Below are positions 10,840 through 19,408 of a stretch of 64,000 nt of DNA, in pieces. A program made the translations under genes and the position numbers. Numbering within the stretch: position 1 is the stretch's first letter; each line of letters starts with the position of its first letter. The stretch is taken from the NCBI GenBank assembly GCA_019058245.1, contig JAHPZJ010000013.1:73166-137165 (forward strand), given 5' to 3'. The stretch is from Promethearchaeota archaeon (GTDB lineage: Archaea; Asgardarchaeota; Lokiarchaeia; Sigyniarchaeales; SOKP01). Below the pieces are notes generated by a model. The model did not search any database. It worked only from the letters and a program-made list of their open reading frames with translations, and had not been told where the DNA came from.

Positions 10840-11214
10840 TTAATCTAATCCTATTTTAGAAGCATATTTGATTATTAGGAAAAGTATAAACGCAATAATA
10901 AAGAAATTGATGACAGCAGCAATAAATTTTCCTACACCAAACGGTCCTGCTTTAATATCCTGAATGTCTTCAAAATTTGGAATAAAAATACCTATGATTG
11001 GTGTTATTATATCTTCTGCTAATGACATAATCAATGCATTTACGGCAAGACCTAGAATAAATGCTGAGGCTAATCCAAGGATTTTATATTTCTTAATAAA
11101 TTGTAAAAATTCTTCTCCTAGATTTTTGGGTTTTTTTGGCTCTGGTTCTGGTTTAGGAGTTAAAATCTCACGAATCTTTTTTAATTCTTCTAGCATCTCA
11201 CTTTCTTTTGACAT
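10840..11214 (-). CDS. mscL: large-conductance mechanosensitive channel MscL
   Basis: EFLQFIKKY.ILGLASAFILG, SLAEDIITPII, GKFIAAVINFFIIAF. Confidence 0.9.
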   Translation of the reverse strand: MSKESEMLEELKKIREILTPKPEPEPKKPKNLGEEFLQFIKKYKILGLASAFILGLAVNALIMSLAEDIITPIIGIFIPNFEDIQDIKAGPFGVGKFIAAVINFFIIAFILFLIIKYASKIGLD

Positions 11215-11403
11215 CTTTATTTTCCCTTTTTTTTTTTAACAGAGATTTATTTTAAAATAATTAGAAAGATAATAAAATTTGATGATGACTATTAAAAAAC
11301 AATTTCTATTATAAATTATATAAATTAGATAATATTAACAAATTTCTTAATAGGACCAATTGGAATATAGTATTTTCAATAAATACTAGTTGTAAAATAA
11401 TAT

Positions 11404-12039
11404 CTAAAAAAAGAAATCCATAATATCGTATATTTCTATGAGTTTTTCTACTATGAGGTTAGCTTCTGCTTTCAAATCATCTACAGTCTTACTTAAAATA
11501 TCTTTTTGTTCTTTCCAGAATAATGTATAGATTAATCCAAGATATTTTCCATATACTAATAACCCACCTTCAAAAATCGTATCTTTTTCAATTGTGATTG
11601 TACCAAAAGTAGTATCCTCTTCATAGGCAGTTAAAAAATCTACGATCAATTTATATACTCTAGAACTCATAAAAGGTCTATCTGACACACTAGCAACCTT
11701 ATGCTCAAATCCTCTCCCTCCTTTCCGAGGTACCTTTAGATGGTAAAATCTAATATCATTTGATATTTCATTTATCCTATCTCGAGCACTTTCAAGGAAC
11801 TGACTATTAATGGAAAGCTCTTCTTCAGCACCAACGTCATCTATCTTTTGAGAACCTCGATGCTTTCCATTATTGTCTATAAAAGCAATAAAAGGTGGGC
11901 ATTCGCTATTATCAGAATGATTTTTTATTAAAATTGTAAAGAGTCCAGTTTTTTTTTGATAATCTACTTGTCTTTGAAAGCTTTGTTTGCAATAAGGACA
12001 AATCATATTTATTAATGTCGAATCGTCGTTATTATTCAT
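11404..12039 (-). CDS. hypothetical protein with N-terminal CxxC/H/C metal-binding motif
   Basis: CPYC...H....C; SD GAGGAG upstream. Confidence 0.6.
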   Translation of the reverse strand: MNNNDDSTLINMICPYCKQSFQRQVDYQKKTGLFTILIKNHSDNSECPPFIAFIDNNGKHRGSQKIDDVGAEEELSINSQFLESARDRINEISNDIRFYHLKVPRKGGRGFEHKVASVSDRPFMSSRVYKLIVDFLTAYEEDTTFGTITIEKDTIFEGGLLVYGKYLGLIYTLFWKEQKDILSKTVDDLKAEANLIVEKLIEIYDIMDFFF

Positions 12040-12218
12040 GTCTCCTCAAAACTATAATCAAATGAGAGTTTTTAAATTTTAGCATATAAATAATGAATCA
12101 TAGTTTTCAGTTATTCCTAGCAGTATAAAATCACTCGATTCAACAATTTATTTTTTCGATTGAAATAGGTAAGAAATATATGATAAAATATTTAATTTTA
12201 AAATAATTTCAGTTAATT

Positions 12219-13073
12219 ATGAGTAATATGGGTTTTAATAAATTTCAAGGAGACGTTAAAACTAAAAATATTAAATATCTTGCAGACCCACAACTTAAAA
12301 ATATAGTTAATGTGTCAATAGCGCTTCAAAGACCATTGTTAGTTAAAGGAGAACCAGGAACGGGAAAGACAATGCTGGCATATGCTATTGCAGAAAGTTT
12401 GGGAAAAAAATTAATAATTTGGAATATTAAAAGTACAACTGAAGCAATTGATGGGTGTTATATGTATGATACAGTTCAAAGATTAAATGATAGTCGATTT
12501 GGTTGTGAAGATCGAGATGTAAATAATATTCATGATTATATAACTTTAGGTCCATTAGGGGAGGCTTTTGTATCCGAAGAACAAGTTGTTATTTTATTAG
12601 ATGAGATTGATAAAGCAGATATTGAATTTCCTAATGATTTATTACAAGAACTAGATGTAATGGAATTTTACATTAAAGAAACCAAAGAATTTGTGAAAGC
12701 CAAAACCAGACCTATCGTAATTATCACTTCTAATAATGAAAAAGAACTCCCTGATGCTTTCTTAAGAAGATGTGTATTTCACTGGATAGAGTTTCCCTCA
12801 AAAGAATTTATGGCTGATATTTGTAAATTACATTATCCCAATTTGAGAGAAAATCTATTAGATCAGTGTTTAAAACATTTTTATGCATTGCGAGCTATCA
12901 CAAAATTAAGAAAAATGCCATCAACTTCGGAGCTCCTTGATTGGATCGGTGTATTACTAAAAAGTGGTATTACTATGGATGAATTAAGCAAAAATATACC
13001 ATTTTTAGGCGTGCTTATAAAGAAAGAGAAAGATTTCGAGGTAGCTTCAGATAAGCTCAAGTTTCCAACCTGA
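12219..13073 (+). CDS. MoxR-family AAA+ ATPase (CoxD-like)
   Basis: GEPGTGKT, YDTVQRLNDS, LLDEIDKADIEFPNDLL, TSNNEKELPDAFLRRC. Confidence 0.92.
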   Translation: MSNMGFNKFQGDVKTKNIKYLADPQLKNIVNVSIALQRPLLVKGEPGTGKTMLAYAIAESLGKKLIIWNIKSTTEAIDGCYMYDTVQRLNDSRFGCEDRDVNNIHDYITLGPLGEAFVSEEQVVILLDEIDKADIEFPNDLLQELDVMEFYIKETKEFVKAKTRPIVIITSNNEKELPDAFLRRCVFHWIEFPSKEFMADICKLHYPNLRENLLDQCLKHFYALRAITKLRKMPSTSELLDWIGVLLKSGITMDELSKNIPFLGVLIKKEKDFEVASDKLKFPT

Positions 13074-13229
13074 ATAATTAATTTTTCTAATTATTATAAA
13101 CTTTTCTCTGAATTTTTCTCCCAAATCTCTAATAATTCTATCGATTATTCTCTATATATCAAATTATTTTATTGTTCTTATTAACCACCTCAATTATTGA
13201 ATTGCAATATTGTTATAAATCAATATTAA

Positions 13230-13517
13230 TTATGGAATTAATTTAATTACTTCGAGGTAAGATTTAAAACGTGAAATAAGTAAGCACAGTGTATCATATT
13301 TAATATCTGAGTCAATAATTTCCTCAGCTCTTTTTATTACATCTTTTTCAGAATATTTTTTTGAACCATTTTCAAAAATTAATTCAAGTTCTGCTAGAGC
13401 CCAACATAACGCATCAAAAGGAAAATTACTCTCTAACAAATGTTGATAATATTTTTCTATCTTTAATTTGAATTTATCAGATATTTCAATAATTTCCAAT
13501 GGTTTTATTTCTAACAT
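13230..13517 (-). CDS. small hypothetical protein with two DUF2934-like repeats
   Basis: ATG at 13517 follows a GGAGGTGG SD; repeats ..FDALCWALAELEL and ..YDTLCLLISRF. Confidence 0.6.
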   Translation of the reverse strand: MLEIKPLEIIEISDKFKLKIEKYYQHLLESNFPFDALCWALAELELIFENGSKKYSEKDVIKRAEEIIDSDIKYDTLCLLISRFKSYLEVIKLIP

Positions 13518-13634
13518 TTTTTTTTCCACCTCCTTTTTTTTTATTTGAATAAATTTCAATATTATTTTTTTTATTAAATTGTTTTTTTTCTTTTCTTAAC
13601 ATATAATATATGTAAAACAAACTATTTAAATGCT

Positions 13635-13680
13635 CTGAATGATGTTCGGACTATTACGAGCTCTGCCGAATATAGTTCGG
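13635..13680. promoter_or_regulatory. tandem inverted-repeat operator CYGAA-N5-TTCGG
   Basis: CTGAA-tgatg-TTCGG (13635-13649) and CCGAA-tatag-TTCGG (13666-13680), 31 bp apart, next to TATTTAAAT at 13623 in a divergent intergenic region. Confidence 0.5.
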
Positions 13681-13792
13681 GGGAATGATTGATTTTTAAT
13701 AAATCATAAGTTTTAAATAATAAGCATTCATTACGAGTAATTATTGATAATGATACTTAATTATATCTAATTATAGATACATATTATTTAAA

Positions 13793-14752
13793 ATGACATT
13801 AGATTGGGAAATTGGAAAGGAAGCCCGAGAATTAGATGAAAAGCCAATATTAGAACGCGCAAAGATTGAAAAAAGTTCTCTTAAAAAAATTATTATCGCT
13901 TTAATCTATTATTCTATAACAATGTTATTATTTTACTTTTTATTATGAGTGCTAAAACCCATGGAATTGATATTAATTATCATTTTAATTGCATTTATCT
14001 TTGAATCTATGGATAGTATGGCGGGAATGGGATTTGGCACAGCTCTATCACCACTACTATTCTTATTTGGTTATTCTCCTCTCCAAGTTGTTCCTACTAT
14101 CTTAATTTCAGAGGCAGTATCAGGAGCAATCGATACAATTTTTGATCATGAATTTAAAAATATTCGATATTCATTTCGACCATTAAATGATGCTACTAAA
14201 ATTTCCTTAATCATGGCTTTTTTTGGTTGTATTGCTATTTTCTCATCAATTCTCCTTACTTACTATGCAATTAAATTTCCTGCTATAATAATAAAGACAT
14301 ATGTGGCAATTTTAGTTATTTTCATGGGCATATCCGGCTTTCTAGGATCAAAATTAAGAAAACTAGAATATTTAAAACCACACCCAAAAATGTTAATCGG
14401 TTTTTCTGCATTAGCAGGATTCAATAAGGGGATAGGAGGAGGAGGGTATGGACCAGTTATTACAATGGGGCAAATAATTTCTGGAGTTTATGAAAAGAGT
14501 GCAACTGCAATGGTATCCTTTGCAGAATCTATTGTCTCAATATTAGGTATTTTCACATTTTTTCTAATAAGCTTTGCTGGTGTTGGTATCGATCTTGTTC
14601 TTCTTCCATCATTATTTACAGGAGGGTTCTTTGCTGCTCTTACGGCACCCTATTTAGTCAGAGTTATTCCTAATAAAATTTGGAGATATTTTATACCAAT
14701 ATATGCAATTGGAATTGGAATATTTTCTATTATAGTAATTTTTGCATTTTAA
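13793..14752 (+). CDS. TauE/SafE sulfite-exporter family membrane protein, with an in-frame TGA at 13946-13948
   Basis: DSMAGMGFGT, GFNKGIGGGGYGP. A 51-codon frame from ATG 13793 continues in frame across a single TGA into the 13949 ORF. Confidence 0.75.
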
Positions 14753-15216
14753 TATAAAATCTCTATTAAAGTATCTCTATTATATTAAAGAGAAGTAGGG
14801 CTTTATTATAGTTTAAGATGGATTAGTGTGAGTTAAGTTTATCAGTTTTGAATTATTTGAAGATATTAAGTAGAGATCCTTAAAATTAAATAATTAAAGT
14901 TAAGACTATATGCTTTTTTATTCATATAAATATTATAATGAATTTTTTTATTAATTAAGAATAATATTCAACATTAGATAAATTTTACCGAACAAAAATA
15001 TCATTGTCTTAAATTAGTTAAATAAGAATTTATCAAATAATTTTTAAGTTTATTAATCATGCTTTTATCGTCTAAAAAATACCAAAAAAAAATGCATAAT
15101 TGAACTATTGATGAAATAATTATAAATATTAAAATGAATATTATTCAGTATAAGGAATTAAGATTATGAAAAATTATTTATAAGTAAGAGAAATAATTTT
15201 TCTCCGGTGAATAAAT

Positions 15217-16092
15217 ATAGCAGAAAAAAAGATAGATATCCTCTTAATTGAAGATAATAAAGCTGATGTACGTCTTATTGAAGAATTTTTGAAAAAATCT
15301 GAAGAATTCAAATTTAATTTAGAATCAAAACCTAGACTTTATGAAGGTATGAATTATCTTAAGTCTAGAGACTTTGATATTATTTTATTAGATTTAACCT
15401 TACCGGATAGTGATAAAGAGAATACTCTAGAAATTGTTTTAAACAATACTACCTCTATTCCTATAATTATTTTAACTGGATTAGATGATAAGGATATAGC
15501 ATTAAAATCTCTTCAAAAAGGTGCTCAAGACTATATACTAAAGGATGAATTAAATCAAGGAAATTTAACAAGAGCTATAATATATGCTATTGAAAGACAT
15601 AAAAGTAAAACTGAAAAGATAATAGAGAGAGCTTTAAAAACGCAATTTGATGAAAAAGATAAAGAAATTCTTAATTATCTACAAGACAATTATAAAATCT
15701 CATATAAAGATTTAAGTAAAAAAGTGAATTTAGCTGCCAGCACTATTCATAATCGAGTACAAAATATGATAAAAGAGGGAATAATAAAGAAATTTGATAC
15801 GTTTGTAGATCCTTTTAAAGTTGGATATACATCTATAGCCATTCTTGGTCTTTCTGTAGATCCGTTGAAATCTGAGAATATTGCTAGAAAACTCTCAAAA
15901 TATGATGAAATACAATTAGTTGCCTCCTCTACGGGAGATCATAATTTATTATTGAAAATTATTGCGAAAAACGAAAAATATCTTTGGAGATTTATAAATG
16001 AAGAAATTAAAACTCTAGATGGTATCCAATCACCAATACATGTTTCAAGCTTTTTAGATATCTTTAAAATGTCTCATAAAATTACCTTTTAA
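15217..16092 (+). CDS. response regulator: REC domain fused to an Lrp/AsnC HTH regulator; probable ATA start
   Basis: IDILLIEDN (upstream of the track start), LLDLTLPD, IILTG, GAQDYILK; then FDEKDKEILNYLQ..STIHNRV..GII and an AsnC C-domain. GGTGA+6 nt precedes ATA. Confidence 0.88.
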   Translation: MAEKKIDILLIEDNKADVRLIEEFLKKSEEFKFNLESKPRLYEGMNYLKSRDFDIILLDLTLPDSDKENTLEIVLNNTTSIPIIILTGLDDKDIALKSLQKGAQDYILKDELNQGNLTRAIIYAIERHKSKTEKIIERALKTQFDEKDKEILNYLQDNYKISYKDLSKKVNLAASTIHNRVQNMIKEGIIKKFDTFVDPFKVGYTSIAILGLSVDPLKSENIARKLSKYDEIQLVASSTGDHNLLLKIIAKNEKYLWRFINEEIKTLDGIQSPIHVSSFLDIFKMSHKITF

Positions 16093-16207
16093 TATAGAAA
16101 TAAATTGAACAAATTATCAGCTATATATGATTCTTCTAACAATTAAAGATCCTGGATTTTTCCGATGAATTTTTTTATGTTCATTTAACTTTAATTTTAC
16201 TCAAATT

Positions 16208-17263
16208 TTATTCAAAAGCTTGAGGAATTAACATAATGAAATTACTTCCTTTTGAATAATCTCCAGCTACTTTATCCTCAACCCAAATTTTCCCGCTATA
16301 TTTTTTAAGTATTCTTTTAACGATTGATAATCCAATTCCCATACCTTTAGAATACTTATCTTTATGATTTCTTCTCTTAAAAATAATTTCTTTACGTTCA
16401 TCGGGAATTCCAATTCCGTTATCTTTAATTTCGATTTTTAAATAATTTATATCATTTATTTTTTCATTTGAGAGATTTATTTTAATTTCTACTAAAGAGC
16501 TATCATTATATTTCACAGCATTAATAAATAAATTAAAAAATACTTCATATAATAATTCATTTGCATTAATCCAAATGGTTTTATTTGGGATCTCTATATT
16601 GAAAGTTATTTCTTTATTCTGGTAATAATTTTTAATGTTTACAATTGACTCCTCAAGTATTTCTTTTATACTAATTTTTTTTAAATAAAATTGAGAATCT
16701 TCTAGTTTTGTTAGATTTTGTACATTTAAAGTTAATCTTACACCCCTAAGACATTGATCTCTTATTATTTCAATTAATTCATCTTGTTTATAGACCTTAT
16801 TGCCATTTTTTCTTAAAATTGTATAGAGTTCTGTAGAAGATAAAATATTTTGAAAGATATTATTCATATCATGGCTAATTAAATCTCTATAAAAAAGAAT
16901 GTTACGATATGCTTTAGTTAGTTCTTTAGTTTTTGAAATATTTTCACTTAAAGCAGTAACAATAATACCAACAATTATAATCATTATAGCCCTAAGAATT
17001 TGTTCTAAGTTCTGTAAATAATCAATAATTATACCAAAAAAGAAAGGAAATAAAATTAGTGAGAGTGCCAAATATATAGGGATAAATAAACCATACTTTT
17101 TCCACCAAAAACAAGCTAAAATTGTTGGAATATAGAAGAGATGTGAAAAAAAGATGTTAATTTTTAAAATTATTTGAAATAAATAATTCAAAACGGATGA
17201 AATAATTAAAAGTATGATTATAATGGCATACTTTATTTTTTTAGTGTAATTTTTAATCTTCAT
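16208..17263 (-). CDS. membrane-bound sensor histidine kinase
   Basis: N-terminal TM helices; H-box SHDMNN, N-box NAVKY, G1 DNGIGI, G2 GMGIGL. Confidence 0.92.
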   Translation of the reverse strand: MKIKNYTKKIKYAIIIILLIISSVLNYLFQIILKINIFFSHLFYIPTILACFWWKKYGLFIPIYLALSLILFPFFFGIIIDYLQNLEQILRAIMIIIVGIIVTALSENISKTKELTKAYRNILFYRDLISHDMNNIFQNILSSTELYTILRKNGNKVYKQDELIEIIRDQCLRGVRLTLNVQNLTKLEDSQFYLKKISIKEILEESIVNIKNYYQNKEITFNIEIPNKTIWINANELLYEVFFNLFINAVKYNDSSLVEIKINLSNEKINDINYLKIEIKDNGIGIPDERKEIIFKRRNHKDKYSKGMGIGLSIVKRILKKYSGKIWVEDKVAGDYSKGSNFIMLIPQAFE

Positions 17264-17342
17264 CTCATTCCCCCTTAAAAGAGAGATTATTTTCCTTAGT
17301 TTTTCATAAAATTGAATTTATCTGAATTCAAACATTATAAGC

Positions 17343-18644
17343 TTAATGCGTGGCACATGAAATACAAGGATCAAATGCTCTAATTATCATCTGTACTTCT
17401 TTTTCTACTAATTTAATATCACCAGTTTTATCAAATAGTTCTTGAGCATATTTAGTTATCATTTGATTAAGAAGTGGAATATTAAACTCCGTAGCAATGA
17501 ATAGTTTTATTTCATCAATAATGTTGTTTTTATTTATGTGATAATTATGTATTAAAGTTCCTCTTGGTGCTTCAATAACACCAATACCCTCATTCTTTTT
17601 AATAGATTTAAAAGAAGGAAGATACTTTCTAACATTTAATGAAGGTTCTCCCAATATCTGTATACATTTATATGATTCAATATATATTTCCAGTAATCGT
17701 AAAAAATTAATGAATAGTAAATTATTTGTCCATGATTTATTAAAATATTCAAGATATGTATTAATTTTATCAAAATCATACTTTTCAATAATTTTATAAC
17801 GTGAAAAAGGTCCAACTATTACATTTTTTTTATTTTCAAAAAAGAAATCAATACCTCTTAAATTTATCTCTTTATTAAAATATCTTGTATAGTTTTGAGC
17901 TTCAAATTCTATTAGATTTTTGTCTTCTTTAAGGCTTAAAGAACCAGAATATCGATCATAAATACCATGATTATTTTTCGCTAAACAAATAGTATTTGGT
18001 AAATTAAAATCTTCTGGAGGGATTTGATTACCAAATAATTTAATGAAATCTTCTATAATCCATTCTACAATCGTTAAGGCTTTTTGAAGATATTTTTGAG
18101 ATAATAAAATTAATTTTCCAGAAGGAGAATAAATAACACCTCCGGGAACAATTGAAATCAAGTGAACAGACCTACCACCAAAAATCTCATTGATTTCATT
18201 TCCAAATTTAATTAGATCGTATAAATTTGATGTTAATTGAGGATTAAATTTGATTAATTCATAGGGAGATAAAGTATTTTTACTAATATTAAAAATTTTT
18301 AAAAGATCTGGCAAAGTTTGAAAGAAAAAGTTCATTGAATGGGATTTTATTAATTCTGCTGTCATTAATAGGCGTCTTAAATAAATACTTTGTTCTGAAA
18401 TTTCTATATTGTAAATATCTTCTAAAGTTTTACAACTTGCAATTGCTTGAGAAGCATAACATAAACCACATATTCGAGATACAAATTTAGGAATATCAAG
18501 TAGCCTTTTACCTATTAGGAATTTTTCAAATCCCCTATATACGTTAAATTCAAAATTTGCTAATGAAACTTCATCATTTTGAAGCATAATTTTAACTTCT
18601 CCATGTCCTTCAACACGTGTACATACATTAACAATTTTTTGCAA
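17343..18644 (-). CDS. mvhA: [NiFe]-hydrogenase large subunit, group 3 (MvhA-like), atypical
   Basis: TRVEGHG, RGFE, RICGLC (L1), APRG, RAFDPCISCATH-stop (L2). Confidence 0.88.
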   Translation of the reverse strand: MQKIVNVCTRVEGHGEVKIMLQNDEVSLANFEFNVYRGFEKFLIGKRLLDIPKFVSRICGLCYASQAIASCKTLEDIYNIEISEQSIYLRRLLMTAELIKSHSMNFFFQTLPDLLKIFNISKNTLSPYELIKFNPQLTSNLYDLIKFGNEINEIFGGRSVHLISIVPGGVIYSPSGKLILLSQKYLQKALTIVEWIIEDFIKLFGNQIPPEDFNLPNTICLAKNNHGIYDRYSGSLSLKEDKNLIEFEAQNYTRYFNKEINLRGIDFFFENKKNVIVGPFSRYKIIEKYDFDKINTYLEYFNKSWTNNLLFINFLRLLEIYIESYKCIQILGEPSLNVRKYLPSFKSIKKNEGIGVIEAPRGTLIHNYHINKNNIIDEIKLFIATEFNIPLLNQMITKYAQELFDKTGDIKLVEKEVQMIIRAFDPCISCATH

Positions 18645-18649
18645 TAATA

Positions 18650-19408
18650 TTACCTATTAATCTTTGGTTTTGAAAATCGATTATAAATTCCAGTATATTT
18701 TTGCAATTCTTGAGAAAGTTCTATTAAACTCAAAAAATTTACAACATTAGATGTAAAATCTTTTGATACAGGCCCCATGCATCCTTCGCATGGAAGTCCC
18801 ATTTTTATACATTTATGCTCACAACCATCACGAGTTATTGGTCCCAAACATAAAATACCATTATTTAAAAAACATTCAGAGTTTTCTTCACCTAATCTAA
18901 TTTCTTCGGGATTAGGATTAATTTTAGTTATTTTTATATGGGAATTAATTTCTATACTTCCTCTTAATGGACAATTTGCACACATATTTTTTTCGGATAA
19001 AATTATATCTTTATTTCCAACCAAATTGATTAAACAATTTCCAAAAAATTTAGATGGAGGAGGACAACCAGGAATCATACCATCAATTTCAATATGATTA
19101 GATAAAGGCTCTGCTTTCTTTGAATTAGAAAGGCTTAAAATTCCACCAAAGCAAGCACATGTTCCTAATGCAAAAACTCTTTTAGCACGTTTTCTTATTT
19201 TTCTAATAAGATTTATTTGTGTTTCTTCAGAAATACATCCTTCTACTAATGCAATTTCGCATTCTTCTATATCATCTGAATCTAAAATAAATAGAAAATA
19301 GTTTATTTTTATTCTTTCAAGAAATTGGGGGAAAATATCTAAAGATATAAGAGTCGATATACATCCAGTACATGATGTAAGAGAAATTATATTGAATCTA
19401 GGCTTCAT
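18650..19408 (-). CDS. mvhG: [NiFe]-hydrogenase small subunit (MvhG-like)
   Basis: SCTGC, VEG, GTCACFGG, PGCPP, C..C, CFL..G.LCLGP.T..GC...C....PC.GC.GP. ATG at 19408 follows a GGAGGAG SD. Confidence 0.88.
   Translation of the reverse strand: MKPRFNIISLTSCTGCISTLISLDIFPQFLERIKINYFLFILDSDDIEECEIALVEGCISEETQINLIRKIRKRAKRVFALGTCACFGGILSLSNSKKAEPLSNHIEIDGMIPGCPPPSKFFGNCLINLVGNKDIILSEKNMCANCPLRGSIEINSHIKITKINPNPEEIRLGEENSECFLNNGILCLGPITRDGCEHKCIKMGLPCEGCMGPVSKDFTSNVVNFLSLIELSQELQKYTGIYNRFSKPKINR

Noticed and set aside
13071-13084. Partial TGAATAATTA match at the moxR stop
   Set aside because: Three mismatches, overlaps a stop codon between convergent genes; likely chance in AT-rich DNA.
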